A DNA stretch of 64,000 bases from Blastocatellia bacterium (lineage in GTDB: Bacteria; Acidobacteriota; Blastocatellia; RBC074): contig JAEUQN010000008.1 of assembly GCA_016789725.1 (NCBI GenBank), positions 9,638 to 73,637 on the forward strand. The letters run 5' to 3'. Position 1 is the first letter of the stretch; every line of letters begins with the position of its first letter. Shown one piece after another: positions 34,399 through 44,958 of this stretch. The position numbers and the translations under genes were made by a program. The notes under the pieces are model-generated. The model searched no databases and was not told the origin of the DNA. It saw nothing but the letters and a program-made list of their open reading frames with translations.

Positions 34399-35447
34399 TT
34401 CTCCAAAAGTGAAAAGGCTTTTTCTGCGACAGCCTCAACTGTAATGCGAGTCATACAGCGATGATCTATCGGGCATTCGCGGTGCATACAACGCGCGCAA
34501 TCAATGCCCTCAGCGCGAATCAGTTCCGAATGAAGGCCCAGTGGCGCGGTCTCAAATTCATTGGTTGGCCCAAAGATCGTCAGCGTGGGAATATTCAATG
34601 CGGCTCCGACGTGCGCGGGGCCGGTATCATTTGTCACCAGCAAATCGCAGCTTGCCAGCAGGCCGATCAATTCGGCAATGCTGGTTTCGCCCGCTAAATT
34701 TTTTGCGGACCGCGCCTGCTGCATTTGGGCGATGACGCGCTCGGCGTTGACACGTTCGGAACCCGCGCCAATGAAGACGATGAGCGCGTTCCATTCCGTT
34801 ATCATTTGATCCGCGAAGGCTGCAAAGCGGTCTTCCGGCCAGCATTTTGCGCGGCTATTGGTTGCGCCCACGTTGAGCGCAATGAGTTTGGGCGCGCGCG
34901 GTGGTGGCAGGAATCTGGCGGCGGCCTGGATTTGCTCGGCATTGACCAGCAAGGATGGAATTGTCATTCGTTTCGCTGTTGCTGCGCTGCCCAGACAAAT
35001 GCGCTCGGCTTCGACGACCAAATCCAGATAGTCATTTGTTTGATGGCGATTGCGATGTTCCTCACCGCGCTTGAGTTTGTGCGTCAGCAGTGCGCCGCGC
35101 CCTTGCGTGTCGTAGCCGATACGAATTTTTGCGCCGCCCAGAACTGCGAGCAGCGCGGCTTCAAAGGCGTTTTGGAAAAGAATCGCTACCTCAAACTGTT
35201 CGCGCCGCAATCGTTGCATGGCATTCAGAAAAGCGCGTTTGCCTTGTTCTTTGCGGTGATAGACAACGATTTCATCAACCTGTGCAAAACCTGTGAAAAC
35301 TTCAGCGGCACGCGGTGGCGCGAGCAAGGTGATGTGCGCTGCCGGAAAAGAATCGCGCAAACGCAACAAGGCCGGAATTGTCATCACCGCATCGCCCAGC
35401 CAGTTTGTACCGCGCACTAAGATTTTTCGGATTTCACGCGAAGGCAT
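34395..35447 (-). CDS. glycosyltransferase family 9 (LPS heptosyltransferase II-like)
   Basis: KILVRGTNWLGDAVMTIPALLRLR..FP.AHITLL, and a C-terminal NDTGPAHVGAALNIPTLTIFGPT. Confidence 0.85.
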   Translation of the reverse strand: MPSREIRKILVRGTNWLGDAVMTIPALLRLRDSFPAAHITLLAPPRAAEVFTGFAQVDEIVVYHRKEQGKRAFLNAMQRLRREQFEVAILFQNAFEAALLAVLGGAKIRIGYDTQGRGALLTHKLKRGEEHRNRHQTNDYLDLVVEAERICLGSAATAKRMTIPSLLVNAEQIQAAARFLPPPRAPKLIALNVGATNSRAKCWPEDRFAAFADQMITEWNALIVFIGAGSERVNAERVIAQMQQARSAKNLAGETSIAELIGLLASCDLLVTNDTGPAHVGAALNIPTLTIFGPTNEFETAPLGLHSELIRAEGIDCARCMHRECPIDHRCMTRITVEAVAEKAFSLLEK

Positions 35448-35467
35448 ACTTGCTCAGAAGCTCATTC

Positions 35468-36703
35468 TTACTCAAACCACTTTTTGCGCTCGGTTTTCAG
35501 CGGGTTGTGTTCCGGCTTGCGAAATCTGCGTCCGGGCTTGAGTGAGAGGTTCCAGGGTTCTGGTGGCTCTGTGTTTGGTGGACGCACGTCTGATTTTTGC
35601 AGGATGGGAGGGAGTGTGACTGGGGTGTGATTTTCAAGCCCGATCCAAACTGGCTCTGGCACCAGCGCGAGGCCGAATCGTTCCTGCACCTGGTTTTGAA
35701 TTTGTGCGACGAAGGTCAACAGCTCCGTCGCCGTCGCACTGCTGCGGTTGATAATCGCCAGTGTGTGTTTAGAGGAAATGCCAACCCGACCCCGCTCGTA
35801 GCCTTTTGGGAAGCCTGCTTTTTCAATTAACCAGGCCGCTGGGATTTTGATCTGTCCCTGCGGCATCGCAAAATGGGGAAGCGATTCATCCTCGCAGAGC
35901 AGGTTTTGCTGGCGTGCCGCCGCTTCCACTTCGGCAAACTTTGCTGCGGACACCATAGGGTTTTTGAAAAATGATCCGGCACTTTGGCAGTCGGGATCAC
36001 TGGGGACGATAATCATCCCTTTGCTGGCGCGAATCGCCAGCACAGCGTCCCGGACTTCCTGCAAACTTGGTGATTGGGATCGTTCGGCAAAGTATTTTTG
36101 CAAATCGCCGTACCTTAACGAGGGAGCGCCGTGGGGCGTTAATTTGAAAGTTACGCTGAGAACGATGTAGCGATCCCGCTCAGTCGTATTGAAAATGCTG
36201 GCGCGATAGCTGAAACGACAATCTTCGTTCGTCATTTCTGTGATCTGTTTGGTCTGACGATCAAACGCGCGCACGGAAACAATGGTTTCGCTGACTTCCT
36301 GTCCGTAGGCCCCAACGTTTTGAATCGGGGTTCCACCCACTAAGCCGGGGATCCCGCTCAAACATTCCACTCCTGCCAGCTCACGCGCCACGCATTGCCG
36401 CACAAACTTATCCCATTCCTCGCCTGCGGCGGCAGTTACTCTCGCCTCGTCTTTTTGGGCCGGATGAAAAATGATGCCTTCGTTGACGATGTGCAAAACA
36501 ACTCCAGAAAAGCCCACATCCGCAATGAGTACATTGCTGCCGCCACCCAGAACCAATACCGGGAGGCTGTTTTTTTCTGCGAAGTGTAAGGCTTCGCGCA
36601 ATTGGTCTTCATCGGTAATATCCGCAAAGTAGCGCGCAATACCGCCGATTCTGAGCGTCGTATACGGAGCTAGTCGAACATTTTCTCGAATCACACTGAG
36701 CAT
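35468..36703 (-). CDS. murB: UDP-N-acetylenolpyruvoylglucosamine reductase with a ~60-aa C-terminal tail
   Basis: LAPYTTLRIGGIARYF, LVLGGGSNVLI, GIPGLVGGTPIQNVGAYG and SAGSFFKNP. The canonical end is near ...LVPEPVWIG, after which a Pro/Lys/Arg-rich extension follows. Confidence 0.9.
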   Translation of the reverse strand: MLSVIRENVRLAPYTTLRIGGIARYFADITDEDQLREALHFAEKNSLPVLVLGGGSNVLIADVGFSGVVLHIVNEGIIFHPAQKDEARVTAAAGEEWDKFVRQCVARELAGVECLSGIPGLVGGTPIQNVGAYGQEVSETIVSVRAFDRQTKQITEMTNEDCRFSYRASIFNTTERDRYIVLSVTFKLTPHGAPSLRYGDLQKYFAERSQSPSLQEVRDAVLAIRASKGMIIVPSDPDCQSAGSFFKNPMVSAAKFAEVEAAARQQNLLCEDESLPHFAMPQGQIKIPAAWLIEKAGFPKGYERGRVGISSKHTLAIINRSSATATELLTFVAQIQNQVQERFGLALVPEPVWIGLENHTPVTLPPILQKSDVRPPNTEPPEPWNLSLKPGRRFRKPEHNPLKTERKKWFE

Positions 36704-36716
36704 AGATTGGTAGGGG

Positions 36717-37877
36717 TTAGGTCACACGTTCCAGATCGGCAGTACTGAGGGAGCCGACCAAAAAACCATCGCCGTCAATCACGGCCAGATACCGCTGAGG
36801 CGACGCGTGTAGCTTTTTGGCGGCGTGATCAATAGAAGCTTTCATGGAGACAAACAGCGAATCATCTACGGGATGCATGACGTCGCGGATAATCGTCGTG
36901 TTCCACTTGGCTTCAGGAACCGCGCGCAACTTTTCGAGGATCAGTAAACCATGCAGGCGTCCATCCTGTGCGACCGGAAAATTAGTCGTGCGGTGTTTCG
37001 ATAAGATTTCATCTATAAATTCGCTGATGCGCATCGTCGGCGCAACCGTGATAGGCGGATGTTTCATCACGGCGGCAACCGTTCCCGCCAGGGCTACTAC
37101 ATCAATTCCCGTTTGTTTGGCGTACTCGGATTGCAGCTTACGATAGCGATAATCCTCTTCTGCCGCGCGTTTGAGCATAAACGCCAGCACAATTAACCAT
37201 ACCGCTGTGAAGGGGTCGCGCCACCACAGCGCGCGGTAAATCCCGTACGACGCGAGCATATAGGCCAGGGCAACACCTAATCGTTTAGCAGTTAATGTGG
37301 CGGCCAAAATGTCTTGGTTGCGATGCCAGAGATACGCGCGCAACACGCGTCCGCCATCCAAAGGCAAGCCTGGAATCAGATTGAACATTGCCAGCGCGAC
37401 ATTGCCTGTGAACAAATACAGAAACATTTCCTGCAACGGATAACGCAGCGCGCCGGAAATCAAAAACTGTGAAACCAACAAACACAACATAAAAATCGCG
37501 CCCAGCAGAAACGACGCCACCGGCCCTGCAATGGCGATTCGCAGTTCGGCCATCGCTGTTTTGGGTTCTGCTTCTAATCGCGCGTAACCGCCAAACACGT
37601 GCAAGCGAATTTCCAGTGTGCGGATATGTTCGATCTTGGCGACCAACGCGTGCGCTAATTCGTGCGCAACAATGGAACCGAACATCAGCACGGTGAGCAC
37701 GGCCCCGAAAATAAAGGCTGTCGTCAATCCAAGGTTGCTGACACGATCTGGCAAATAAAAGATGGAGACAATACCGAAATGCAAAACCGCTACAGGCAAC
37801 CACAGATAATCCACCATCAGCGGAATGCCGGAAACGGTTGCCAGATGAAACGGTCGTAAGCGCATGGCAGCGATCAT
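36717..37877 (-). CDS. site-2 protease family (M50) membrane metalloprotease with a CBS pair
   Basis: HELAHALVA (HExxH), NLIPGLPLDGGRVL, and a C-terminal CBS-like region. The alternative start MRLRPF is at 37865. Confidence 0.85.
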   Translation of the reverse strand: MIAAMRLRPFHLATVSGIPLMVDYLWLPVAVLHFGIVSIFYLPDRVSNLGLTTAFIFGAVLTVLMFGSIVAHELAHALVAKIEHIRTLEIRLHVFGGYARLEAEPKTAMAELRIAIAGPVASFLLGAIFMLCLLVSQFLISGALRYPLQEMFLYLFTGNVALAMFNLIPGLPLDGGRVLRAYLWHRNQDILAATLTAKRLGVALAYMLASYGIYRALWWRDPFTAVWLIVLAFMLKRAAEEDYRYRKLQSEYAKQTGIDVVALAGTVAAVMKHPPITVAPTMRISEFIDEILSKHRTTNFPVAQDGRLHGLLILEKLRAVPEAKWNTTIIRDVMHPVDDSLFVSMKASIDHAAKKLHASPQRYLAVIDGDGFLVGSLSTADLERVT

Positions 37878-37989
37878 AACAAATCCATCCGCACTGGTCA
37901 GCCTGGATGGCTATGAAGATAAAGATTTTCAGGGCGAAGTACGCGCCGAACACATTGGTAAAGCCAAGAGCCGCGCTTCATCGTCCCGG

Positions 37990-40900
37990 CTACGGCTTTT
38001 TTTCGGGCGCAGTAAGTTTGTATTGCTCACCCGTTGTGTTGAATTTGCGGTAGTCCCTGAACTCAAACACGACATCCCAGTTTAAGCCGTAAAAGGCGGA
38101 GCCATCACCGTCGGCGTTGAGCCGAATCACCGTCGGAAACCATTCGCCGCTGGGCTGTTTGGTTTGCTGATACACGAGCTTTGGTTCCGGGCTGACGCGT
38201 AGCGGCTTACCGTTTTTGTCCGTACCAGGGATGACGTTTTTGGCTTCCAATCGCACCAGTATTTTGTCCACCGCATCAATCCAAATTGTGCCGGTTAAGT
38301 TGCTGACGAAGGCCTTGGCGGGGATCAACTTTTCGCCGAGGCGCGGCAGGAAATCCAGCGCGATCATTTCGCGTCCGTCCAGTATTTCAGTGCGTGGATC
38401 ACCAAAATCGCAGGCGCGCAAAAATGCAGTCGGATCAATCAACAACCCGGCAGCTTTGCCGCGATACGAACCGCTGACCGCAGCCGTCAAATAACTCGGC
38501 ACTTCGCTTTTCGTATCGCTTTCGGCACGCTCCAATTCGCCGCCCGCGCGTTTGCGTTCCTGTTCGACTTCCCAGTCGGCGAGCTTTTTGCCATTGTCCG
38601 CAATCTTAATCAACACGTGACGACCACGCACGGGATAGGCTTCGTAATCTTGAAACTCTTCTTTCGTTGGCTCGCCCGCGTCGTTCAGGACGTGATGCAC
38701 TTTGCGCAATTGATAGGTGAAGCCGAGCAGATTTTGCACGACGACGCTGCCGTTCTTTTCGACTTCGCTGAGCAAATCGGGAATGTTGATCGCAGTCGCG
38801 TTTGTGCTTTTGCTGCTGAGAGCTTTGGTCACAGTGAGCACAGCGGCACTCATCCCGACTGTCGAAATCGGCGGTGCAGCGGGGGCGACGGGCGCAGCGA
38901 CTTCAGCAGGCGCAGCGGCTTCAACCAGAGTGGGCATCGCTTCTGCTTTCGGCGCTTCTTTCTTCGTGGGATTAGGATTGAGGATTGTGAGCAAAGTGCT
39001 GTCCGCCGCTTGCACTGCGCCTTGCTTGACGATGGCGCGCGCCTGATATTCGCCGGAACCGAAGCTCTCCGCCGGTATGCTGAAGACGTGAGCGATGCGG
39101 CCTTTGTCATCGGGCGCGGGCAATTCCATCGTGGTTTGCGCAACGACTTCGCCGCTTTGCAAAAACTCCAGCGTCAACGTGGCCTGGTCTTTTGTGGGAG
39201 CGTTTGCGTTTGTGTACGCGACCAGATAAAAGCCCAACACTGTTTCCGTCGCGGCGTTCACCGCTTCACCTAAATTCGGCACGATGCGCCCGCTGGGGGT
39301 GACCAGTGGTTTGTCGTCGCTCGGTTTATTTGTGCCTGCCGCATCCAATCGTTTGATATGCGTCAGGCTGCTGACAGCGAGCGTTGATTGTAACTCCGGG
39401 ACGATGATTGGACGGCTCTGCACACTGGTTTTGCCAGAGTCGAAATCATAGACGACGGTTTGCAAATTGTATTTGCCGGGCGCGAGCGCAAAGACTTTGG
39501 TGAAATCAAGGTTGCCTTTTTTCAGACTGTCCAATCGTTCGAGCTTGCCTTGCAATGGGTAATCCTGACTGACGCGCGCGACGACTTCGCCCTTTTCGTT
39601 TTTGACAAGCGCAAGGATAGCGAAATGCGTGCTGTAGAGTTTTTTGACTTTGTCGGTTTGGAACGAAAGCTCTGCGAGCGGTAGGGTGAGCAACAACAAA
39701 TGCTGTGCTTCGCTGGTTCCGGGGGCAAAGCGCAGCACGCCCATTCGATAGGCGAAATCGCGTTTTGACGTCGTTTCATTCAATGCAGCGAGCAACGGCA
39801 TTTCGTAGCCCATCACCGCTTTGCCATCTACGGTCGGCACGGCGAAATAACCGCTGCGCGAAACGACTCTGACATCAGGACGCGCGAGCTTGATCGTGAG
39901 CTTGCGAAACTTGCCATCGAGTTCCTGCGCGGTCGGCGAATAGGAAATCGCGTAGTATGAACTGATGTCTTCAGCAACTTGCCGCATCGGTTTGCGCAGG
40001 TCGTTCGTGTTCGCAATCAACTGGCCGCCCGTGCCTTCGGCCAATTCCGCGAGTGTGCCTTGTTTGTTTTGTCGCAGGCTGCTTTCGGCAGTCTCCGCAG
40101 ATTTGAATGAACCCGCAACGGCGGACAGCGCGCCGCCTTCGTTGTAGGAAGCATTGCTGGCGTTGATGGCTTGTGCGAGTTCCGCTTTGGCGCGTTCGCT
40201 TTCGTTGTCTATTTGCAATCCGCGCGCATCAATCGAATAAATGCTGACATTCGCGCGATTGGCTTCGCTCATCGTTGTGCGCAGCAAATCTACAAGGTTC
40301 GGCGGCACAATCATTCCGGTCGAAAAATACAGCAGCGTTTTGCGCCCCAGCAATCGCTTTTGTTCGCGCACGACGTGCAGAAACGTGTACAGCGACGAAC
40401 GCGCTTTTTGCTCGGCCATCACTGCTTCCATCGCACGCATCGTGTTGAGCGTGATTTGCGCGACCGCTTTGTCAAAACCCGTGCCGCCGCGTCCGATGCC
40501 GGTTGGCGCGATGCCTGCGGGCATTGTCGGGACAGCAGGATTTGTGTTGGAAATGACGGACGCCTGTGCTGCGGCGGGAGCACCTGCGCCGGGGCCGAAG
40601 TCGGCGGAATTCGCAATGATTTCGATTTGCTCAATCATCTTGCGCGACACGTCCGGGAATTGTGCTTCGGCGCGATTCGTCGCCAGATCAATCGCGTGAC
40701 GCACCTTGTCTTTGTCGGTGGTGAACGATTGCAAAACGTAAAAGCGATTGCCGACCGAATACACCGCGACCATCACATTTTGGTGCATCCCGGTGTTGAC
40801 GAAATCCAGCGCGGCTTCGCGGGCGAGCTTGCGGCTGGAATTGTCGAGATTATCAAACACCATTGTCACCAGGTTCACCGGACGCGCGGGATCAACAGGG

Positions 40901-41169
40901 AAGCTGGGCGATTTCGATGACGTGTCGTTAACAGGTGTTTCGAGCAGGCGAAAAGAGGTAATGGTTTGCCTGACGCCGTCTTCGTAAATTTCAATTTCTT
41001 CGGGTTTCAGGTCACGCACATTGCGGCCTTTTTTGTCGCGGGCAATCACGTCCAGCAGCACCTCTTTCGCGCCGATTTTCAGCGATTGGTCGTTGGTTTG
41101 CGCAGGCGTCGGAAACGGCGTGAGGCAGACCAACAGAGCAATGAATGTGGTGATACATCGAGAAAACAT
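37990..41169 (-). CDS. large secreted VWFA-related Acidobacterial-domain (TIGR03436-like) protein
   Basis: Signal peptide MFSRCITTFIALLVCLTPFPTPAQ follows the internal ATG at 41169. The hallmark N-terminus is EVLLDVIARDKKGRNVRDLKPEEIEIYEDGVRQTITSF, then a vWA-like region. At 1059 aa it is far longer than typical members. Confidence 0.7.
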   Translation of the reverse strand: MFSRCITTFIALLVCLTPFPTPAQTNDQSLKIGAKEVLLDVIARDKKGRNVRDLKPEEIEIYEDGVRQTITSFRLLETPVNDTSSKSPSFPVDPARPVNLVTMVFDNLDNSSRKLAREAALDFVNTGMHQNVMVAVYSVGNRFYVLQSFTTDKDKVRHAIDLATNRAEAQFPDVSRKMIEQIEIIANSADFGPGAGAPAAAQASVISNTNPAVPTMPAGIAPTGIGRGGTGFDKAVAQITLNTMRAMEAVMAEQKARSSLYTFLHVVREQKRLLGRKTLLYFSTGMIVPPNLVDLLRTTMSEANRANVSIYSIDARGLQIDNESERAKAELAQAINASNASYNEGGALSAVAGSFKSAETAESSLRQNKQGTLAELAEGTGGQLIANTNDLRKPMRQVAEDISSYYAISYSPTAQELDGKFRKLTIKLARPDVRVVSRSGYFAVPTVDGKAVMGYEMPLLAALNETTSKRDFAYRMGVLRFAPGTSEAQHLLLLTLPLAELSFQTDKVKKLYSTHFAILALVKNEKGEVVARVSQDYPLQGKLERLDSLKKGNLDFTKVFALAPGKYNLQTVVYDFDSGKTSVQSRPIIVPELQSTLAVSSLTHIKRLDAAGTNKPSDDKPLVTPSGRIVPNLGEAVNAATETVLGFYLVAYTNANAPTKDQATLTLEFLQSGEVVAQTTMELPAPDDKGRIAHVFSIPAESFGSGEYQARAIVKQGAVQAADSTLLTILNPNPTKKEAPKAEAMPTLVEAAAPAEVAAPVAPAAPPISTVGMSAAVLTVTKALSSKSTNATAINIPDLLSEVEKNGSVVVQNLLGFTYQLRKVHHVLNDAGEPTKEEFQDYEAYPVRGRHVLIKIADNGKKLADWEVEQERKRAGGELERAESDTKSEVPSYLTAAVSGSYRGKAAGLLIDPTAFLRACDFGDPRTEILDGREMIALDFLPRLGEKLIPAKAFVSNLTGTIWIDAVDKILVRLEAKNVIPGTDKNGKPLRVSPEPKLVYQQTKQPSGEWFPTVIRLNADGDGSAFYGLNWDVVFEFRDYRKFNTTGEQYKLTAPEKKP

Positions 41170-41266
41170 AGCAATTGAATTGATAATTGCGAATTGATCC
41201 GTGAGAATGATTTCTTCACGCACCGCAATTTTCAACCATCAACCTTGAATTATCAATTGAACCACT

Positions 41267-42688
41267 ATGGCTACTAAAATCACTTTACCCACAGACCGCT
41301 ACTTTGATACATATCCCGCGCAAAAAGAAATCGCGCTTCAGCTCTATAACCAGGTTGCCGACAAACCGCTTGTCTGTCCGCACGGTCACGTTGATCCGGC
41401 AATGTTTGCTGACCCCAATTACTCGTTCGGTTCGCCTGCTGATTTGCTGCTGATTCCCGATCATTACATCTTCAGGATGCTGTATTCACAGGGCATTGCG
41501 CTTGAACGTTTGGGCGTGCCGCGCACCGATGGGGGCGAAGTCGAACAGGATCATCGCAAGATTTGGCAACTGTTCGCGGACCATTTCTATCTGTTTCGCG
41601 GCACGCCGACCGGTATGTGGTTGGCTCACGAATTAAAAGAAGTGTTCGGTGTTGAAGACAAATTATGCCGCGACAACGCGCAGGAAGTTTACGATCATAT
41701 CGAAGCACAATTAGCGAAGCCCGAATTTCGCCCACGCGCCATGTTTGAGCGGTTCAAGATCGAAGTGCTGGCGACGACGGATGCGGCGGCGGACACGCTC
41801 GAACACCACAAAGCGATTCGAGAATCTGGTTGGCAAGGCCGTGTTGTTCCGACCTTCCGCCCGGATGGCGTGGTCAATATTGATCGCCCGGATTGGCTTG
41901 AGCAAATTGAAGCCCTGGGCGAAACAATGGGGCACGACATCAGCAGCTATAAAAAGCTGATTCAAGCCTTGGAAGATCGTCGCGCTTACTTCAAAGCAAT
42001 GGGAGCCACCGCCACCGATCACGCCGCGCAAATCCCCGTGACGGGCGAATTGACGCCCGCAGAAGCCGACGCCATCTTTCAACGCGCGCTGGAAGGTGAA
42101 GCCGATGAAGAAGACGCGATGCTCTTTACCGCGCACATGCTCATGGAAATGGCGCGGATGAGTATTGAAGACGGCCTTGTGATGCAATTCCATCCAGGTT
42201 CGTTCCGCAATCACAACGAATTGATTTTTGATCGTTTCGGTTTTGACAAAGGTTGCGACATCCCCGTGGCCGTGGATTACACCGAAAGCCTGGAACCGTT
42301 GCTCAATAAATACGGCAACGACACACGCTTAACGCTGATTTTGTTTACGCTCGACGAAACGACCTACTCGCGCGAACTCGCACCGCTTGCCGGGCATTAT
42401 CCGGCGGTGAAACTCGGTCCGCCCTGGTGGTTTCACGATAGCTGGAACGGGATGAAACGCTTCCGCGATCAGGTGATGGAAACCGCTGGCGTCTACAACA
42501 CAACAGGCTTCAACGACGACACGCGCGCATTTCCGTCAATTCCGGCGCGGCACGATCTGGCACGGCGAGCAGACGCCAACTGGATTGCGAATCTGGTCGT
42601 GCGCGGTGTGATTGATATGGAAGATGCGAACGAGATGATTCACGACCTCGCGTATCGCTTGGCGAAGAAGGCGTATAAGTTTGAATAG
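41267..42688 (+). CDS. uxaC: glucuronate (uronate) isomerase
   Basis: 473 aa with PLVCPHGHVDP, PDHYIFRML, and C-terminal LGPPWWFHDS...FNDDTRAF.SIPARHD, matching the UxaC family pattern. Confidence 0.85.
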   Translation: MATKITLPTDRYFDTYPAQKEIALQLYNQVADKPLVCPHGHVDPAMFADPNYSFGSPADLLLIPDHYIFRMLYSQGIALERLGVPRTDGGEVEQDHRKIWQLFADHFYLFRGTPTGMWLAHELKEVFGVEDKLCRDNAQEVYDHIEAQLAKPEFRPRAMFERFKIEVLATTDAAADTLEHHKAIRESGWQGRVVPTFRPDGVVNIDRPDWLEQIEALGETMGHDISSYKKLIQALEDRRAYFKAMGATATDHAAQIPVTGELTPAEADAIFQRALEGEADEEDAMLFTAHMLMEMARMSIEDGLVMQFHPGSFRNHNELIFDRFGFDKGCDIPVAVDYTESLEPLLNKYGNDTRLTLILFTLDETTYSRELAPLAGHYPAVKLGPPWWFHDSWNGMKRFRDQVMETAGVYNTTGFNDDTRAFPSIPARHDLARRADANWIANLVVRGVIDMEDANEMIHDLAYRLAKKAYKFE

Positions 42689-42693
42689 AGACG

Positions 42694-42773
42694 TTTTCAC
42701 CGCAGAGACGCGGAGTTTACGTAGAGTTGCGCAGAGAATTCTCTGTGTTTTCTCGGTGTCTCTGCGGTGAAAA
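42694..42773. repeat. long-range inverted repeat IR5 with a nested palindrome
   Basis: Arms read as perfect 16-bp matches: TTTTCACCGCAGAGAC (42694-42709) and GTCTCTGCGGTGAAAA (42758-42773). The inner palindrome is CAGAGAATTCTCTG (~42732-42745). It lies between the uxaC stop and the SpoIID-like start. Confidence 0.75.
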
Positions 42774-42790
42774 AATGCTTGAGGACATTG

Positions 42791-44167
42791 ATGGTTAAGA
42801 TCGAACAAGAACCTGTGATCGCGGTTGGCCTGATGACGATTCCGACGGGCGCAGTGCGCATCACACTGCACGGTGATTATTTAGTAGACGATCAAGTTGC
42901 CTTTGATGCGGGGAGTTATCAAGTTCATATTGGCAAACTCTCGTCTATTGAAAATGACCTGATTCTCTTCAATGACGGAACGGGTTTTGTCACAACCGCG
43001 ACGTTAACGCCATGCGATGCAGCTAAGGCCTCCTTTACTATTCACGACGTCGTCATCGGCATCGGCTTTCATTGGGAGCGCAAGGAAGATCAATCGTTTC
43101 AGGGTGCGCTGAAGCTCAAGATTGACGGGGCGGGGAACTTGCTGGTCATCAATTCAATTCCGCTCGAACAGTACGTCACCAGCGTGATTTCGTCGGAGAT
43201 GTCCGCGACCTCGAACATCGAATTGCTGAAAGCGCATTCGATCATTTCGCGTGGTTGGTTGCTCGCACAAATCAAACCGTGGCGCATTGAGCGGCAAACC
43301 GATTTGAGCAACGGTGCGATCTTTACGAACGACGACGGCGAACAGGAATTGATTCGCTGGTATGCGAGAGAAGCGCACACCGAATTCGATGTTTGCGCTG
43401 ACGATCACTGCCAACGCTATCAGGGCATCACGAAAGCGACTGAGCCGCGCGTCTTCGAGACGATTCAATCCACCCGGGGCCTTGTCTTGAGTTACGAAGC
43501 CACGATTTGCGATGCGCGGTTCTCGAAATGCTGCGGTGGGATGGTGGAGGATTATGTTGCGGCGTGGGACAACACGAAGCTGGATTACTTGACGGTGCTG
43601 TACGACGGCGAAACGTTTCCATCGGAATATGCGTTGCCGCTGACGGATGAAGCAAACGCACGGCAATGGATTCTCGGCAATCCGCCCGCGTTCTGTAACA
43701 CGAACGACAAAGAAGTTCTCGCACGCATCTTGCCCGGCTTCGATCAGGAAACGACGGATTTTTATCGTTGGAAAGTGACGTTGCAACAAGACGAATTGCA
43801 GGCATTGTTGCAGAAAAAAGTCGGCGTGGATTTCGGCGCGATTCTGCGACTTGAACCAGTTGAGCGCGCTGAATCCGGGCGGTTGGTGAAGTTGCGGATT
43901 GTGGGTGAAAAGACGTCGCTCATCCTCGGCAAAGAGCTGGAAATCCGCCGCGCGTTTTCGCCCTCGCATTTGTACAGTTCCGCGTTTATCATCGAAGCCG
44001 ATTCTGCACCGATTCCGACTTTTTTCACGTTGCACGGCGCAGGTTGGGGACACGGCGTTGGACTTTGCCAAATTGGGGCGGCGCTGATGGCGGAGCGAAG
44101 CTATCGCTACGAACAAATTCTCACGCATTATTATCCAGGTGCGGCGTTGCATCTGCTTTACGACTGA
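42791..44167 (+). CDS. SpoIID/LytB domain protein (amidase-enhancer family)
   Basis: [50 protein letters not shown] and [14 protein letters not shown] 42791 is preferred over the GTG at 42767, which lies inside IR5. Confidence 0.8.
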   Translation: MVKIEQEPVIAVGLMTIPTGAVRITLHGDYLVDDQVAFDAGSYQVHIGKLSSIENDLILFNDGTGFVTTATLTPCDAAKASFTIHDVVIGIGFHWERKEDQSFQGALKLKIDGAGNLLVINSIPLEQYVTSVISSEMSATSNIELLKAHSIISRGWLLAQIKPWRIERQTDLSNGAIFTNDDGEQELIRWYAREAHTEFDVCADDHCQRYQGITKATEPRVFETIQSTRGLVLSYEATICDARFSKCCGGMVEDYVAAWDNTKLDYLTVLYDGETFPSEYALPLTDEANARQWILGNPPAFCNTNDKEVLARILPGFDQETTDFYRWKVTLQQDELQALLQKKVGVDFGAILRLEPVERAESGRLVKLRIVGEKTSLILGKELEIRRAFSPSHLYSSAFIIEADSAPIPTFFTLHGAGWGHGVGLCQIGAALMAERSYRYEQILTHYYPGAALHLLYD

Positions 44168-44169
44168 TT

Positions 44170-44937
44170 ATGAAAGCTTCCCGCGTTGGACTCTTGTTGT
44201 TGTTCTTGTTCGTCGCACTGCCGACGCAAAGCCAGCGTATTTCGCGCCTGCCGGATTATTTTCCTGACGAAACGTCCAAGAAAAACCACGAATTCACTTT
44301 TGTGCGCATGAAATATGGTTCGTACGGGTGGGAAGGTTGGACGACCGATTATCCCAAAGCGGATTATCAATTCATCCGTGGGTTGCGTGGTTGGGCGAAA
44401 AGCTTTTTGGCGATCAACAACGAACCGAATGCCGTTGGGCTGCACGACCCGGAGCTATTCGATTATCCGTTTTTGTATGTGGTCGAACCGGGACATATGG
44501 TGCTGACAGATCAGGATGCGGCGGCGCTACGCGAATATTTGCTGCGCGGGGGCTTCATTATGCTGGACGATTTCTGGGGAACGTATGAAGGCCAGCACGT
44601 CGTCGAGCAGTTGAAAAAAGTCTTTCCTGAATATCCCATCAAAGAACTCTCGCTGGATCACCCGCTGTTTCATTGTTATTTCGATGTTAATGAAGTCGTA
44701 CAGGTGCCGCAAAACATGAACTGGATTTATCGAGGGCGTACGCACGAGCAGGACGGCTATGTGCCACATTACGAAGGCATCATGGACAACGAAGGCCGCG
44801 TTCTGGTGCTGATTGCGCGCAACACGGACAACGGTGATGCGTGGGAATGGATTGATGACCCGCGCTATCCCTTGCGTTTTGGTTTGGCCGCGTATCGCCT
44901 GGGAATGAATGCGATTGTGTATTCGATGACGCATTGA
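44170..44937 (+). CDS. DUF4159-like secreted protein, paralog 1
   Basis: The internal ATG at 44170 gives signal peptide [22 protein letters not shown]. Motifs are FTFVRMKY...[24 protein letters not shown] and [18 protein letters not shown]. Confidence 0.55.
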   Translation: MKASRVGLLLLFLFVALPTQSQRISRLPDYFPDETSKKNHEFTFVRMKYGSYGWEGWTTDYPKADYQFIRGLRGWAKSFLAINNEPNAVGLHDPELFDYPFLYVVEPGHMVLTDQDAAALREYLLRGGFIMLDDFWGTYEGQHVVEQLKKVFPEYPIKELSLDHPLFHCYFDVNEVVQVPQNMNWIYRGRTHEQDGYVPHYEGIMDNEGRVLVLIARNTDNGDAWEWIDDPRYPLRFGLAAYRLGMNAIVYSMTH

Positions 44938-44958
44938 AGATACTTCGGAAAAACGACT

